The notes under the pieces are model-generated. The model saw nothing but the letters and a program-made list of their open reading frames with translations, was not told the DNA's origin and did not search any database. A stretch of DNA of 64,000 nt from Terrimicrobiaceae bacterium (GTDB taxonomy: Bacteria > Verrucomicrobiota > Verrucomicrobiia > Chthoniobacterales > Terrimicrobiaceae): contig JBGSVZ010000047.1 of assembly GCA_041752695.1 (NCBI GenBank), forward strand, positions 65,299 to 129,298, read 5' to 3'. Below, one piece after another: positions 17,916 to 27,137 of this stretch. Every line of letters starts with the position of its first letter. The first letter of the stretch is position 1. Made by a program: the position numbers and the translations under genes.

Positions 17916-18039
17916 CACCGAAGTGGGGGGCTGTCCCTGAAAAAGGGGCAAAAATGCGAGATTTGGACCAATTTTTCTCGAGGGTCGGAGCACGGAATCG
18001 GCACTTGCTGGCGGGCTACCCCACGGCTAGTTTCCGCGG

Positions 18040-19266
18040 ATGAGTTCTGGAAAGGAAAACCCGCGGAAGGAACGCCGCAGAAAGGAAAACTCGCCTGAGA
18101 AGAAACCTCCAGAAAGTGGCGTGCCGGAATCTTCGCCTGATCTCCAGGAGAAATCGGCTTCTCACGGGAACGAAAAGCATTTCAAGGCGGAAAATCAGTC
18201 CGTTCCTACGGCCGCTGACACCGGTGAACCCGAGGAATGGGATGTGCTGGGACGCCGTCCGGCCTTCCCATCGTCCGTGGGCATCGCCGAAGAGTCCGAA
18301 GACGCGCCTGAAAAGGATGTTCCCTCCACCGGGTCCGGACGATCCGGCAAGCGCCGCAAGAAGACCCAGGCCTCCTGGACCAAACGCCTTCAAGCCTTCG
18401 CCTCCGCCCGGATCCGCGCCTATTGGGTCCTTGCTCTCGTAGTTCTCTTGCTCATTTTTGTCACTGGTCCCGTCTACCTTTCGGGAATGGCCGCCGGCAA
18501 AAAGCGCGCGGATGACGAGGCCCTGCGAGAAAGACTGTCCATCCCTCCGGAAATCGCGGTGAGGATTGATGAGGCGCTGGTGAAATTGCGCGCTGGCGAC
18601 GCTGCGGGCGCACTTACCATCCTTCAGGCTATCGAAGCGGAAAAGGGATTTTATCCCTCCTTGAGCTATCTGGTCGCCCTTGCCGCCGTGCAGTCGGGCG
18701 ATGTGAATTTGGCGGAAAGGAAGATCGCGGAAACCATTGTCAAGCGCGAACGCGTCTCGGATGCCCTCGCGCTGCAAGCTGTTGTCGAATCCATGAAACC
18801 CGCAGACCGCACGCGGGCCGTGATGGGCGACCCGAAGGTTCGCTCCGAGAATCTTCTACGCCAGGCCATCCTCGCGGACCCTGCCAATGCGGCGCCCCGC
18901 TTTGAGTTGGCGACTCTTCTCCGCTACACCAACCGACGTGACGAGGCCCGCCAGGAAATCCTCGCCGCGCAGGCAAGATTGAACCCCGTGGATGCCCATA
19001 CGGTCACGGAAGTGACTCTCGCTCTGATGGACTTGGAGGATCTGCCCGACGACCAACTGCCTGCGGCTTCTTCCGCGCCGCGTAACCTGACCGAGGCGTT
19101 GGTGGCGGCGAACGTCGCCCTCCGCCACGGGGACTTCGGCACCGCTGCAACTTTGCTCAAGGCCGGCAGAGACATGATCCATCCCGATATTTTCTACTAC
19201 CTGACCAGTGATCCCGTCTTCCGCCGGTACCGTGACAGGGCGGAACTTGCCGAATTTTTGCAATAG
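18040..19266 (+). CDS. Membrane-anchored TPR-like protein (paralogue 1)
   Basis: Charged disordered N-terminus, one TM (YWVLALVVLLLIFVTGPVYL), helical repeats (LLRQAILADPANAAPRFELATLL). Confidence 0.8.
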   Translation: MSSGKENPRKERRRKENSPEKKPPESGVPESSPDLQEKSASHGNEKHFKAENQSVPTAADTGEPEEWDVLGRRPAFPSSVGIAEESEDAPEKDVPSTGSGRSGKRRKKTQASWTKRLQAFASARIRAYWVLALVVLLLIFVTGPVYLSGMAAGKKRADDEALRERLSIPPEIAVRIDEALVKLRAGDAAGALTILQAIEAEKGFYPSLSYLVALAAVQSGDVNLAERKIAETIVKRERVSDALALQAVVESMKPADRTRAVMGDPKVRSENLLRQAILADPANAAPRFELATLLRYTNRRDEARQEILAAQARLNPVDAHTVTEVTLALMDLEDLPDDQLPAASSAPRNLTEALVAANVALRHGDFGTAATLLKAGRDMIHPDIFYYLTSDPVFRRYRDRAELAEFLQ

Positions 19267-19355
19267 GTCGCAGAATTGTCACAGTTTTGTTGCCTGACCG
19301 CGTTGGACATCTCTGATGGGTAGGATTCATGGTTTTTAGGAATCACTCCTGCTCC

Positions 19356-20462
19356 ATGAATCAATATCTTCCCAACCGCGGAGAAATAGGCCCGGCCGGC
19401 GCCAGTAATTACAGCTCGGGAGACGCCCGTCGATTCCGTCTGCGCGACTTCCATGAACGAAAAAACCGCTCTGAAGGATTTTACGCAAGGCCTGCTGAAG
19501 AGCCCTTTGGTGCAAACGTCTTTTCCGCACAGGCGGACGCAACAAGGCGGGATTGGGGCGCCTCTCCCGGAAAATTTCGCGCTGGCAATGGTGGCCGGTG
19601 GGGCTGGTGGAAACCCGCCTTGCTGATTATCTCCGGCCTCACGGTGGTCTCCGCGTTGTCCGCTCTGGGAGGCTTTTACGTCGGTCGCGAACGGGGAAAA
19701 AGTTCTGCCAACCGGGAAATGGTGGAACGGGCCAAAACCCTAAAGCGGCTGCCGGAGAAGGGGTCGCGAATCCTCAGCGACGCCATGGCGGAGTTGCGGA
19801 CGGGAAGCGCGGAGACCGCGTTGGAAACCCTTCTCTCCCTGCGCGCCGACTTTCCGCAAGCGGCGTCCTTGAGTTACCTTGCCGCCTTGGCGGCGCTGCA
19901 AGCCGGGCAACCCGTGGCGGCGGAAAACCTCGCGAAGGAATCCATCAAGGCAGGGCAGCGTCTGTCCGACTCGCTCGCGGTGATGTCGATGCTGGAGCGG
20001 CAGAAGTCCGCTACGATGGGTTCTGGTTCCGACTCTCAAGCCGAAGATTTGCTTCGTGCTGCCATCACCGCTGATGCCGCCAACCCCGCGCCCCACCTGG
20101 AACTGGCGACCCTCCTTCGCGCTGGTGGCCGTCGAGAGGAAGCCCGTAAAGAAATCAAGATGGCTATGGCTCTCCAGAATCCGGTGGACGCACAGGCCGT
20201 GACTGAGGCGACCCTGGCCCTGATGACGCTCGAGGACTTGCCGGACGACAAGATTGCCGCGCCCTCCGGTGCCCCACGCACTCTGACGGAAAGCCTGGCG
20301 GCCGCTTATGCTTCTCTGCGACAGGGGAATCCTGCTGCCGCGGCCGACAATCTCCGCGCCGGACAGGCTATGACGACACCCGAAATCTTCGTCTACCTGA
20401 TCAACGACCCAGCTTTTCGAAAATACCGCACAAACTCCGAACTGGCCGCGTTCTGGCGGTAG
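19356..20462 (+). CDS. Membrane-anchored TPR-like protein (paralogue 2); start uncertain (19329 or 19356)
   Basis: C-terminal ~240 aa align with the upstream gene (SLSYLxALAAxQ, LLRxAIxADxAN, NPVDA, LEDLPDD, DPxFRxYR). Confidence 0.8.
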   Translation: MNQYLPNRGEIGPAGASNYSSGDARRFRLRDFHERKNRSEGFYARPAEEPFGANVFSAQADATRRDWGASPGKFRAGNGGRWGWWKPALLIISGLTVVSALSALGGFYVGRERGKSSANREMVERAKTLKRLPEKGSRILSDAMAELRTGSAETALETLLSLRADFPQAASLSYLAALAALQAGQPVAAENLAKESIKAGQRLSDSLAVMSMLERQKSATMGSGSDSQAEDLLRAAITADAANPAPHLELATLLRAGGRREEARKEIKMAMALQNPVDAQAVTEATLALMTLEDLPDDKIAAPSGAPRTLTESLAAAYASLRQGNPAAAADNLRAGQAMTTPEIFVYLINDPAFRKYRTNSELAAFWR

Positions 20463-20488
20463 GGGCTTTTTTTCTGCGGGGGACAACG

Positions 20489-20560
20489 TGACCCCACCGG
20501 GAATCGAACCCAGATTTAAGGTTTAGGAAACCTCCGTTCTATCCGTTGAACTATAGGGCC
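20489..20560 (-). tRNA. tRNA-Arg(CCT)
   Basis: GGCCCTATAGTTCAACGGATAGAACGGAGGTTTCCTAAACCTTAAATCTGGGTTCGATTCCCGGTGGGGTCA folds as a cloverleaf with anticodon CCT and T-loop GTTCGA; CCA not encoded. Confidence 0.95.
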
Positions 20561-20643
20561 TTTGTTGGAGAGTTTTTTCTCCAAGAGAAGGCCCTGATAC
20601 ACGAAGTTTGCCGTCGACACAAGGGCGTCCCGGTGGGCCTTCG

Positions 20644-23295
20644 CTATTCTTTTTGTCCGGACACACCATCCCTGGCCTGCCTTCCCCGGCGAAGCACGGC
20701 CTTGAGCCCTTCTTCCGTGAAGGGTTTGCCCAGGAAGTCGTCCATCCCGGCCCTCGCGCAGGCTTGGCGTTCGTGTTCGGAAACTCCGGCGGTTAGGGCC
20801 ACAATGCAGCGCCGGGATTCTCCGTTTGCCCGCTCGAACGAACGGATGGCCGCAGTTGCCTCCAAGCCGTTCATGCCCGGCATGCTGACATCCATAAACA
20901 CCATGTCGAAGGGCTTCTCGGCGACCATGGTGAGCGCCTCATTTCCGTTGCCCGCAAGTTCCGCGAGGCAGCCCTGTTGTTCGACGAGGCGGCGCATGAG
21001 TTTTTGGTTGAGGCGATTGTCTTCCACAATGAGAACACGCAGCGGGCTGACGGTGGTTTCGGCGGGGGAGGGGAGTCGGTCTTCCGGCGGGAGAGGGACC
21101 TCTGTGCCGGCGGTCTGCACGACGATGGTGGCGGTGAAGGCGGAACCTTTTCCGGCCTCGCTTTCGAACGTGACGGTTCCGCCCATCAGCTCGCAGAGCC
21201 GCTTGACGATGACGAGGCCAAGGCCGCTGCCGCCGTAGCGGCGGGAGAGCGAGGAATCCGCCTGGCTGAAGGGATTAAAAAGACGTGCCCGTTGGTCCGC
21301 GCGGATGCCGATGCCGGTGTCGGTGACGACAAAGACAATTTCGTGTTGGTCGGGCCTTGGTGAGGCCTGGGGGTGGACCTGCAGGGTGATTTCTCCCTCG
21401 TCGGTGAATTTGAGGGCATTGCCTAAAAGGTTGCCTAGCACCTGTTCGATGCGGAGCAGGTCCGCCAGCACTGCCGGTGGCAGGCCTGGATCGCACTGGC
21501 AGGTGAAGGTCAGTCCTTTTTCCTCGGCACGCAGGCGCGTGGCGGAGCAGATGCGTTTCAATTCGCGGGTCAGGTTCACCGGGCTGAGGTTCAAGCCGAG
21601 TTGTCCGGCTTCGATGCGGGAAAAATCCAAGACATCAGTGACCAGTCCGAGCAGGAGGTCCGCGCTGGTGCTGATTCCCTCCACGGTTTCGCGCAGATGG
21701 TCCGGCAGTTCGGAGTTTTTCAGCAACCCGGCAAAACCGATCACTCCATGCAGGGGGGTTCGGATCTCGTGACTCATGGTGGCGAGAAACTCGCTTTTCG
21801 CGCGGTTTGCCGCCTCGGCGGCCTCCTTGGCTTCCCGCATGCGGGTATCGATGATTTTGCGGACGACAAGGGAGCGCGCCACCGAGATGCAGGCCTTCTC
21901 GCCGGATAGGATCACGTTGTTGGCATGGATCTCGACCGGGATGCGGTTTCCGTCCGAAGCAATCAACTGGGTCTCAAAGGTGGCATGGCCATCACGAGCC
22001 AGGAGGTGGGAGACTTCGGCAATGCGCTCCTGTGTGATTTCATCGACCTGGCCCGGGGCCATCTGGAGAAGCTCTTGGCGGGAGCGGGAAAGGAATTTGC
22101 AGGCCGCTTCGTTGACGTAGTGGAGTCGGGTCGGCAACCCGTTTGCGCCGAAGCCGTGCACAAAAATCGGGTCGCCGATGGACTCGAAGATGGCCCTGGC
22201 ATCGCCCTCGGTTTTTTTCAGATTTTCCGTGGCCTGGCGTTCGGAGACCATCAGGGTGTTGATCGAGTCGGCGAGTCTGGCAAACTCATCGTCTCCCTGG
22301 ACCTTAAGGGCCCCTGGGGCGTCTCGTTTTCCGGCGAGACCCTGGATCTCCCGATCGAGGGCACTGAGGCGGCGGAGCACCAGAAACTCGAAGGCGAGCA
22401 GAGGCAGGATGATGAGGCACAGTCCGGCAACCAGGCCGAGCCAGAAAAGCTCGTTCCTGGCCTGCACCGCGGCACCAAGAACTTGCATCGGGATATCCAC
22501 CGAGATCACCACGACGCGGCTGTCTCCCAGAACGGGGAGGACGATTTTGGCCTCGTATTGCGAATCGCTGCGGGCCGTGACGGTCACCCAGGTCAGAATG
22601 CCGGTGAGCGATTCCCCGGTCGGACGCGGCGGGGGCTGCACGGCGGCCAGGGAGCTCGCCACAGCGATATCCGTGACGTGCATGCCGATCAAGTCGAAGG
22701 TTTCGTTCAGCCAAACCGCATCGATCCAACGGCCGTAAACCAGCCATCCGTGGTGGGGGCCGGATTGGTCGGTGCGCAGGACTGGTCCGGCGGAGACCAG
22801 CAGAACACGGGAGCCTTCCACGATGCAGCCGAGCTTTTGTTCGTTCGATCGCAACAGATCGCCTTCCGTGATGTGGCGGAGGTTATCCGCGGCGAGGGGA
22901 GTTTCCCGCACGGTGTCCTCTTTCAGCCATCGCACGGCCGCCAGACGGCGGTCTCGGTCAAAGAAAATCACCACATCCTCACCCGTGGTGTTTTTGCCGG
23001 GGTCGAAATAGTCGGACAGATAGCCGGGATTTTTGCCGTCGAGGAAATCGTAGGCCTCGTCCCACTCGGCGTATTCCCGGATCACCAGCGCTTTCACGTG
23101 TCCGATGTTGCGAAGCTGGCCCTTGAAGCGTTCGATTTGCTGGTCGAGGAGAGACTGTTGCAATTCGCGAAAAGTGCCGATCAGTTGCTGGGAACCGAGG
23201 GCTCCAAAAACGACGACCAGCAGCAGAAGAACGCCGCCCGAGAACAGGATCGTCTTCAGGCGCAACGATCCTTTTGGACTCTTCCTCAGGTGCAT
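20644..23295 (-). CDS. Hybrid sensor histidine kinase (CHASE4-HAMP-PAS-HisKA-HATPase-REC)
   Basis: YAEWDEAYDF (CHASE4), EFARLADSIN (HAMP), KSEFLATMSHEIRTPL (H-box), NLLGNALKFT, DTGIGI, GGSGLGL, receiver VEDN..FMDVSMP..KP. Start placed at ATG 23295 (uncertain). Confidence 0.9.
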   Translation of the reverse strand: MHLRKSPKGSLRLKTILFSGGVLLLLVVVFGALGSQQLIGTFRELQQSLLDQQIERFKGQLRNIGHVKALVIREYAEWDEAYDFLDGKNPGYLSDYFDPGKNTTGEDVVIFFDRDRRLAAVRWLKEDTVRETPLAADNLRHITEGDLLRSNEQKLGCIVEGSRVLLVSAGPVLRTDQSGPHHGWLVYGRWIDAVWLNETFDLIGMHVTDIAVASSLAAVQPPPRPTGESLTGILTWVTVTARSDSQYEAKIVLPVLGDSRVVVISVDIPMQVLGAAVQARNELFWLGLVAGLCLIILPLLAFEFLVLRRLSALDREIQGLAGKRDAPGALKVQGDDEFARLADSINTLMVSERQATENLKKTEGDARAIFESIGDPIFVHGFGANGLPTRLHYVNEAACKFLSRSRQELLQMAPGQVDEITQERIAEVSHLLARDGHATFETQLIASDGNRIPVEIHANNVILSGEKACISVARSLVVRKIIDTRMREAKEAAEAANRAKSEFLATMSHEIRTPLHGVIGFAGLLKNSELPDHLRETVEGISTSADLLLGLVTDVLDFSRIEAGQLGLNLSPVNLTRELKRICSATRLRAEEKGLTFTCQCDPGLPPAVLADLLRIEQVLGNLLGNALKFTDEGEITLQVHPQASPRPDQHEIVFVVTDTGIGIRADQRARLFNPFSQADSSLSRRYGGSGLGLVIVKRLCELMGGTVTFESEAGKGSAFTATIVVQTAGTEVPLPPEDRLPSPAETTVSPLRVLIVEDNRLNQKLMRRLVEQQGCLAELAGNGNEALTMVAEKPFDMVFMDVSMPGMNGLEATAAIRSFERANGESRRCIVALTAGVSEHERQACARAGMDDFLGKPFTEEGLKAVLRRGRQARDGVSGQKE

Positions 23296-23377
23296 CGGCG
23301 GAATAATTGCGCTTCGCATCGCCGTCGCAAAGGAGAAACCGCCTTGCCAAATTTCGCCGGATCGGGTCGCGTGGGGC

Positions 23378-25066
23378 ATGGGCATTTTTTTCGCCAACCC
23401 CTGGGGCCTGCTCGCCCTGCTGGGTGTGCCTGTCGTGGTGGCGATCCATCTCCTCCGTCGCAAATCGCGGCAGGTGAGGGTGAGTACCCTCTTCCTGGTG
23501 GAGCGGGCGCTGCCTTCCTCCGAGGGCGGCCGGCGTATTCGAACGCTGCGCAACTCGCTGCCGCTCTGGGCGCAAATTCTGGCGGTCTGTGCGCTGACCT
23601 GGCTGCTCGCCCAACCGCGCTGGATCGATCAATCCAGCGTGCAGACGGTGGTGGCGGTCTTCGACAGTTCCGCTTCGATGAGTGCGTTTCGGGACGAGAC
23701 CCTGGCTGCCGCACGGGTCGCACTCTCCCGGCTCGGAGAGTCGGCGGCCCGGACCCAGTGGATCTTTTTGCGATCCGATGCGTCGCGGCTGACCGCCGGG
23801 GTGTCCCTCGATGACGCGCTGACCGCGGTCGCATCCTCCTGGTTGCCCTCGCTCGGCACCCATGATACGGGCGAGGCGTTCCGTCTGGCCCGGACTCTGG
23901 CAGGCGAAAAGGGCTCGATTCTCTTTTTGACGGATCGGCCACCCCCGGAGGCGGATGGCGTCGGGTGGATCGCATCCGGCGACCGAATCGACAACGCCGG
24001 ATTTCTTGGGGGCGAGTCCTCCGAGGGACACTGGAGGGCGTTGTTGAAAAACTTTGGCCCCGCGCCGCGGGACATCCGCTGGCGCATCGTGGGCACCGAC
24101 GAATGGAAAACCACCAACCTCGCAGCCGGAGCCATGACCGAGATCGCCGGTCCGTTTCCGGCGGGCGCGGACCGCGTCATGCTCGAAATTGAAGGGGACC
24201 GTTTCGCCTTCGATGACCGGATGCCGATTCTCTCGGCCAAACCCAAGGCGCTCGTGGTGCAGGTCCGCGCGAGCGAGGCGTTCCGGGAGCTTTTCGCCCA
24301 GCTCCAGCGTCTGGCCGCGCCCGTGGCAACGTCGCCCGTTCCGGATGTGGCGCTGGACATCTACAATCCTCTCGCCCCGCAGATGCCGGCCGGGGCGGCG
24401 GTGATTTTTGTGGAGGACGCCGGAACGTCCGCCAAACCACTTTCCGGCCTGGTGGTCGGAGAAAATCATCCTCTGATGGAAAATCTGAACTGGCAGGGAT
24501 TGGTTGCGCGCGACACGTTTGGCGTGCCCTTCCGCGAGGGTGATGTGGCGCTTCTCTGGCAGGGGGAACGTCCGCTCATTTTTCTGCGCACCCATGAGGG
24601 CAAACCGCAGTTGGTTTTTAACTTTGATGTCCGCCAGTCCAACGCCGCCCGACTGCCGGCCTTCCCGCTTCTCCTGCATCGCTTTTTTGCCCTGCTCCGC
24701 GAGGACAAGCCGGCCTACGAAGCGGTCAACGGCGAGACGCGGCAGACGTTCATGATCGCCGGGGTCGGGACGGTGGTGGCCCCGGACCATCCGGACTTTT
24801 TTTCCGCGAAAACGGCGGACGGCACCGTGATCTTTGATGGAGCGGCGCAATTTGGCGATACCCGCGAATCCGATTTTTCCGCCGCCTCGCGCGGGCGGAG
24901 CGCGGAATCTGCCGCGGGGTCGATCCGGGAGACGAACGCGCGGGGAGAGGCTCTCGACCCCGTTTGGGCCCTGGTGCTGGGGGGGCTGATGTTCTGGAAC
25001 TGGCTTCTCACGGGCAGGCCAAAAGACAGGGCTGCTGGCGGAACGGAGTTGAAACTTGCGCGTTGA
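23378..25066 (+). CDS. BatA N-terminal double-TM / vWA domain protein
   Basis: MGIFFANPWGLLALLGVPVVVAIHLLRRK..VSTLFL..LAQPRW; MIDAS motif VFDSSASMS; C-terminal TM. Confidence 0.85.
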   Translation: MGIFFANPWGLLALLGVPVVVAIHLLRRKSRQVRVSTLFLVERALPSSEGGRRIRTLRNSLPLWAQILAVCALTWLLAQPRWIDQSSVQTVVAVFDSSASMSAFRDETLAAARVALSRLGESAARTQWIFLRSDASRLTAGVSLDDALTAVASSWLPSLGTHDTGEAFRLARTLAGEKGSILFLTDRPPPEADGVGWIASGDRIDNAGFLGGESSEGHWRALLKNFGPAPRDIRWRIVGTDEWKTTNLAAGAMTEIAGPFPAGADRVMLEIEGDRFAFDDRMPILSAKPKALVVQVRASEAFRELFAQLQRLAAPVATSPVPDVALDIYNPLAPQMPAGAAVIFVEDAGTSAKPLSGLVVGENHPLMENLNWQGLVARDTFGVPFREGDVALLWQGERPLIFLRTHEGKPQLVFNFDVRQSNAARLPAFPLLLHRFFALLREDKPAYEAVNGETRQTFMIAGVGTVVAPDHPDFFSAKTADGTVIFDGAAQFGDTRESDFSAASRGRSAESAAGSIRETNARGEALDPVWALVLGGLMFWNWLLTGRPKDRAAGGTELKLAR

Positions 25067-25084
25067 GCGGGTTTGCTCATTCGA

Positions 25085-26176
25085 ATGTCCAGTTTGTTTG
25101 GCGAAGTGTTTCGAATTTCGACGTGGGGCGAGTCCCACGGCGGCGGGGTGGGTGTGGTCATTGATGGCTGCCCTCCGCGCCTGCCTTTGTGCGAAGCCGA
25201 CATTCAGCCCGACCTCGACCGGAGGCGCCCCGGCCAGAGCGACATCGTCACTCCGCGGAAGGAGGAGGATACCTGCAAGATTCTTTCGGGAGTCTTCCAA
25301 GGGTTGACTCTCGGCACTCCGATTTCTGTCTTGGTGCCGAACACGGACGCCCGCCCCTCGGCCTACAGCGAGATGGAGACGATGTTCCGTCCGTCCCACG
25401 CGGATTTCACCTATCAGACGAAGTACGGGGTGCGCAACTGGGAGGGTGGGGGACGTTCTTCGGCGCGTGAGACGATCGGACGCGTGGCGGCCGGAGCTGT
25501 GGCCAAAAAAATTCTGCGCACACTTTATCCGCAGTTGGAAATTCTCGCCTACGTCACCGCGATCCATGACATCACGGCAAGCGTCGATCCCGCCGCGGTC
25601 ACGGCGGAAGAGATCGAGGTCAATATCGTGCGCTGCCCGGATGCCGCCGCCGCCGCGGCCATGATCGAGCGCATCAAGCAAGTCCGCAGCGAAGGAGACT
25701 CCGTAGGCGGGCTCCTCGAATGCGTCGCGCGGGGCGTTCCGGCCGGCCTGGGCGAACCCGTTTTTGATAAGTTGGAGGCCGATCTGGCCAAGGCCATGCT
25801 CAGCCTGCCCGCGACCAAGGGATTTGAAATCGGCTCGGGATTTTCCGGCGCAAAGTTGAAAGGGTCGGAACACAACGACGCCTTCCGCATGGACGACGGC
25901 CGCGTGCGCACGACGACTAATCTTTCCGGTGGGATTCAAGGCGGGATCAGCAACGGTGAGCCCATTATTTTCCGCGTGGCTTTCAAACCCACGGCCACCA
26001 TCGCGAAGCGGCAGCAAACCGTGACGGTGGGTGGCGAGGAGGCTGAACTGGCCGCGCGGGGACGTCACGATCCCTGTGTGCTCCCGCGGGCCGTGCCCAT
26101 GGTGGAGGCCATGACGGCCCTCGTGCTGTGCGACCACCTGCTGCGTCAGCGCGCGCAGGACCTTCTTCCCCGCTGA
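25085..26176 (+). CDS. aroC: Chorismate synthase
   Basis: [40 protein letters not shown] signatures. Confidence 0.97.
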   Translation: MSSLFGEVFRISTWGESHGGGVGVVIDGCPPRLPLCEADIQPDLDRRRPGQSDIVTPRKEEDTCKILSGVFQGLTLGTPISVLVPNTDARPSAYSEMETMFRPSHADFTYQTKYGVRNWEGGGRSSARETIGRVAAGAVAKKILRTLYPQLEILAYVTAIHDITASVDPAAVTAEEIEVNIVRCPDAAAAAAMIERIKQVRSEGDSVGGLLECVARGVPAGLGEPVFDKLEADLAKAMLSLPATKGFEIGSGFSGAKLKGSEHNDAFRMDDGRVRTTTNLSGGIQGGISNGEPIIFRVAFKPTATIAKRQQTVTVGGEEAELAARGRHDPCVLPRAVPMVEAMTALVLCDHLLRQRAQDLLPR

Positions 26177-27108
26177 TGGCTGAAGGATCGCCAATGTGGC
26201 AGGGCGGATTGCTCCTGACTGCCGTGCTTTTTCTGGCTTTTGAAATCTGGCGGGGTTGGCGTGCCGGCGTGGCGCGGGCGGGCATCAACTTCGCCGCCAT
26301 GGTCCTTTCGACCCTTGCGGCGATGTTCGCCGGGCAGATGGCAGCGGCTCCGTTCGGCGGATTCAAAGATCCGGGCGGATTTCTGGCGGCGCTGGTTTTT
26401 GGGGGTGGGCTTGGCACCTTCGTTTTTGTGGTCCTCTGGCTCACCGGAATTATTTTTTTCAAACGCACGGACCATCAGGGTTCCGGACTCGTGCGGTTTT
26501 TTTGGGGGGCGGGAGGGGCGTTTTTCGGGCTCCTCATCGCCGTGGCGGTTCTCTGGGGTGGCATTTCGGTGATTCGCAGCATGGGCGCTCTGGCCGAGGC
26601 CCGGGTGGAAGTGGCCCGGGAAGCCGCACCCCAGCCCGCCGTGGCGGGAGGCGCTGCTGTGGCCCCCACGCCCCCGCCGCTGGCCAGCAATATCCTCAAA
26701 CTGAAGGAGTCTCTCGAACTCGGGCCGGCGGGGAAATTTGTCGAGTCCGTCGATCTGATGCCGGCGGATTTTTACCAGATCATCGTGGAGGTCGGACGCC
26801 TCGCCAGCGACCAGCAGGCCCTCATTCGATTTTTGGAATATCCGGGCATGAAGGAAGTTCTGCAAAACTCCAAGTTGGCGGAACTGCTGTCCGACCCCGC
26901 GATCGTGAAAGCCGGAGAGGAGAAAAATATCACCGCGCTGATTTCCAATCCCAAACTCCGTCAAGCTGTGGAAGATCCGGCCCTCGCCGAACAGCTCAAA
27001 AAAGTGGACCTTCGCGCCGCGATGAAATACGCGCTGGAAAAACCAGCGCCCCAAGCGGGCGAACGCTCAACGCCCAACGCTCAACGTTCAACGCCGAAGT
27101 CTGAGTAA
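26176..27108 (+). CDS. CvpA (colicin V production)-family-like membrane protein
   Basis: Four N-terminal TM helices with WRGWRAG and GAGGAFFGLL motifs, then a helical soluble domain; ATG overlaps the aroC stop (TGATG). Confidence 0.65.
   Translation: MAEGSPMWQGGLLLTAVLFLAFEIWRGWRAGVARAGINFAAMVLSTLAAMFAGQMAAAPFGGFKDPGGFLAALVFGGGLGTFVFVVLWLTGIIFFKRTDHQGSGLVRFFWGAGGAFFGLLIAVAVLWGGISVIRSMGALAEARVEVAREAAPQPAVAGGAAVAPTPPPLASNILKLKESLELGPAGKFVESVDLMPADFYQIIVEVGRLASDQQALIRFLEYPGMKEVLQNSKLAELLSDPAIVKAGEEKNITALISNPKLRQAVEDPALAEQLKKVDLRAAMKYALEKPAPQAGERSTPNAQRSTPKSE
27062..27096 (+). repeat. Five tandem heptamers (AACGYYS) inside the 3' end of the CvpA-like gene
   Basis: AACGCTC AACGCCC AACGCTC AACGTTC AACGCCG. 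Confidence 0.7.
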
Positions 27109-27137
27109 AGTTTTCAACCTCCAATCCATTCATTCCC

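Noticed and set aside
22979..26194. 1071-aa minus-strand ORF
   Set aside because: Antisense to the BatA/vWA gene and aroC, which have clear family motifs; Arg/Gly/His-rich shadow composition.
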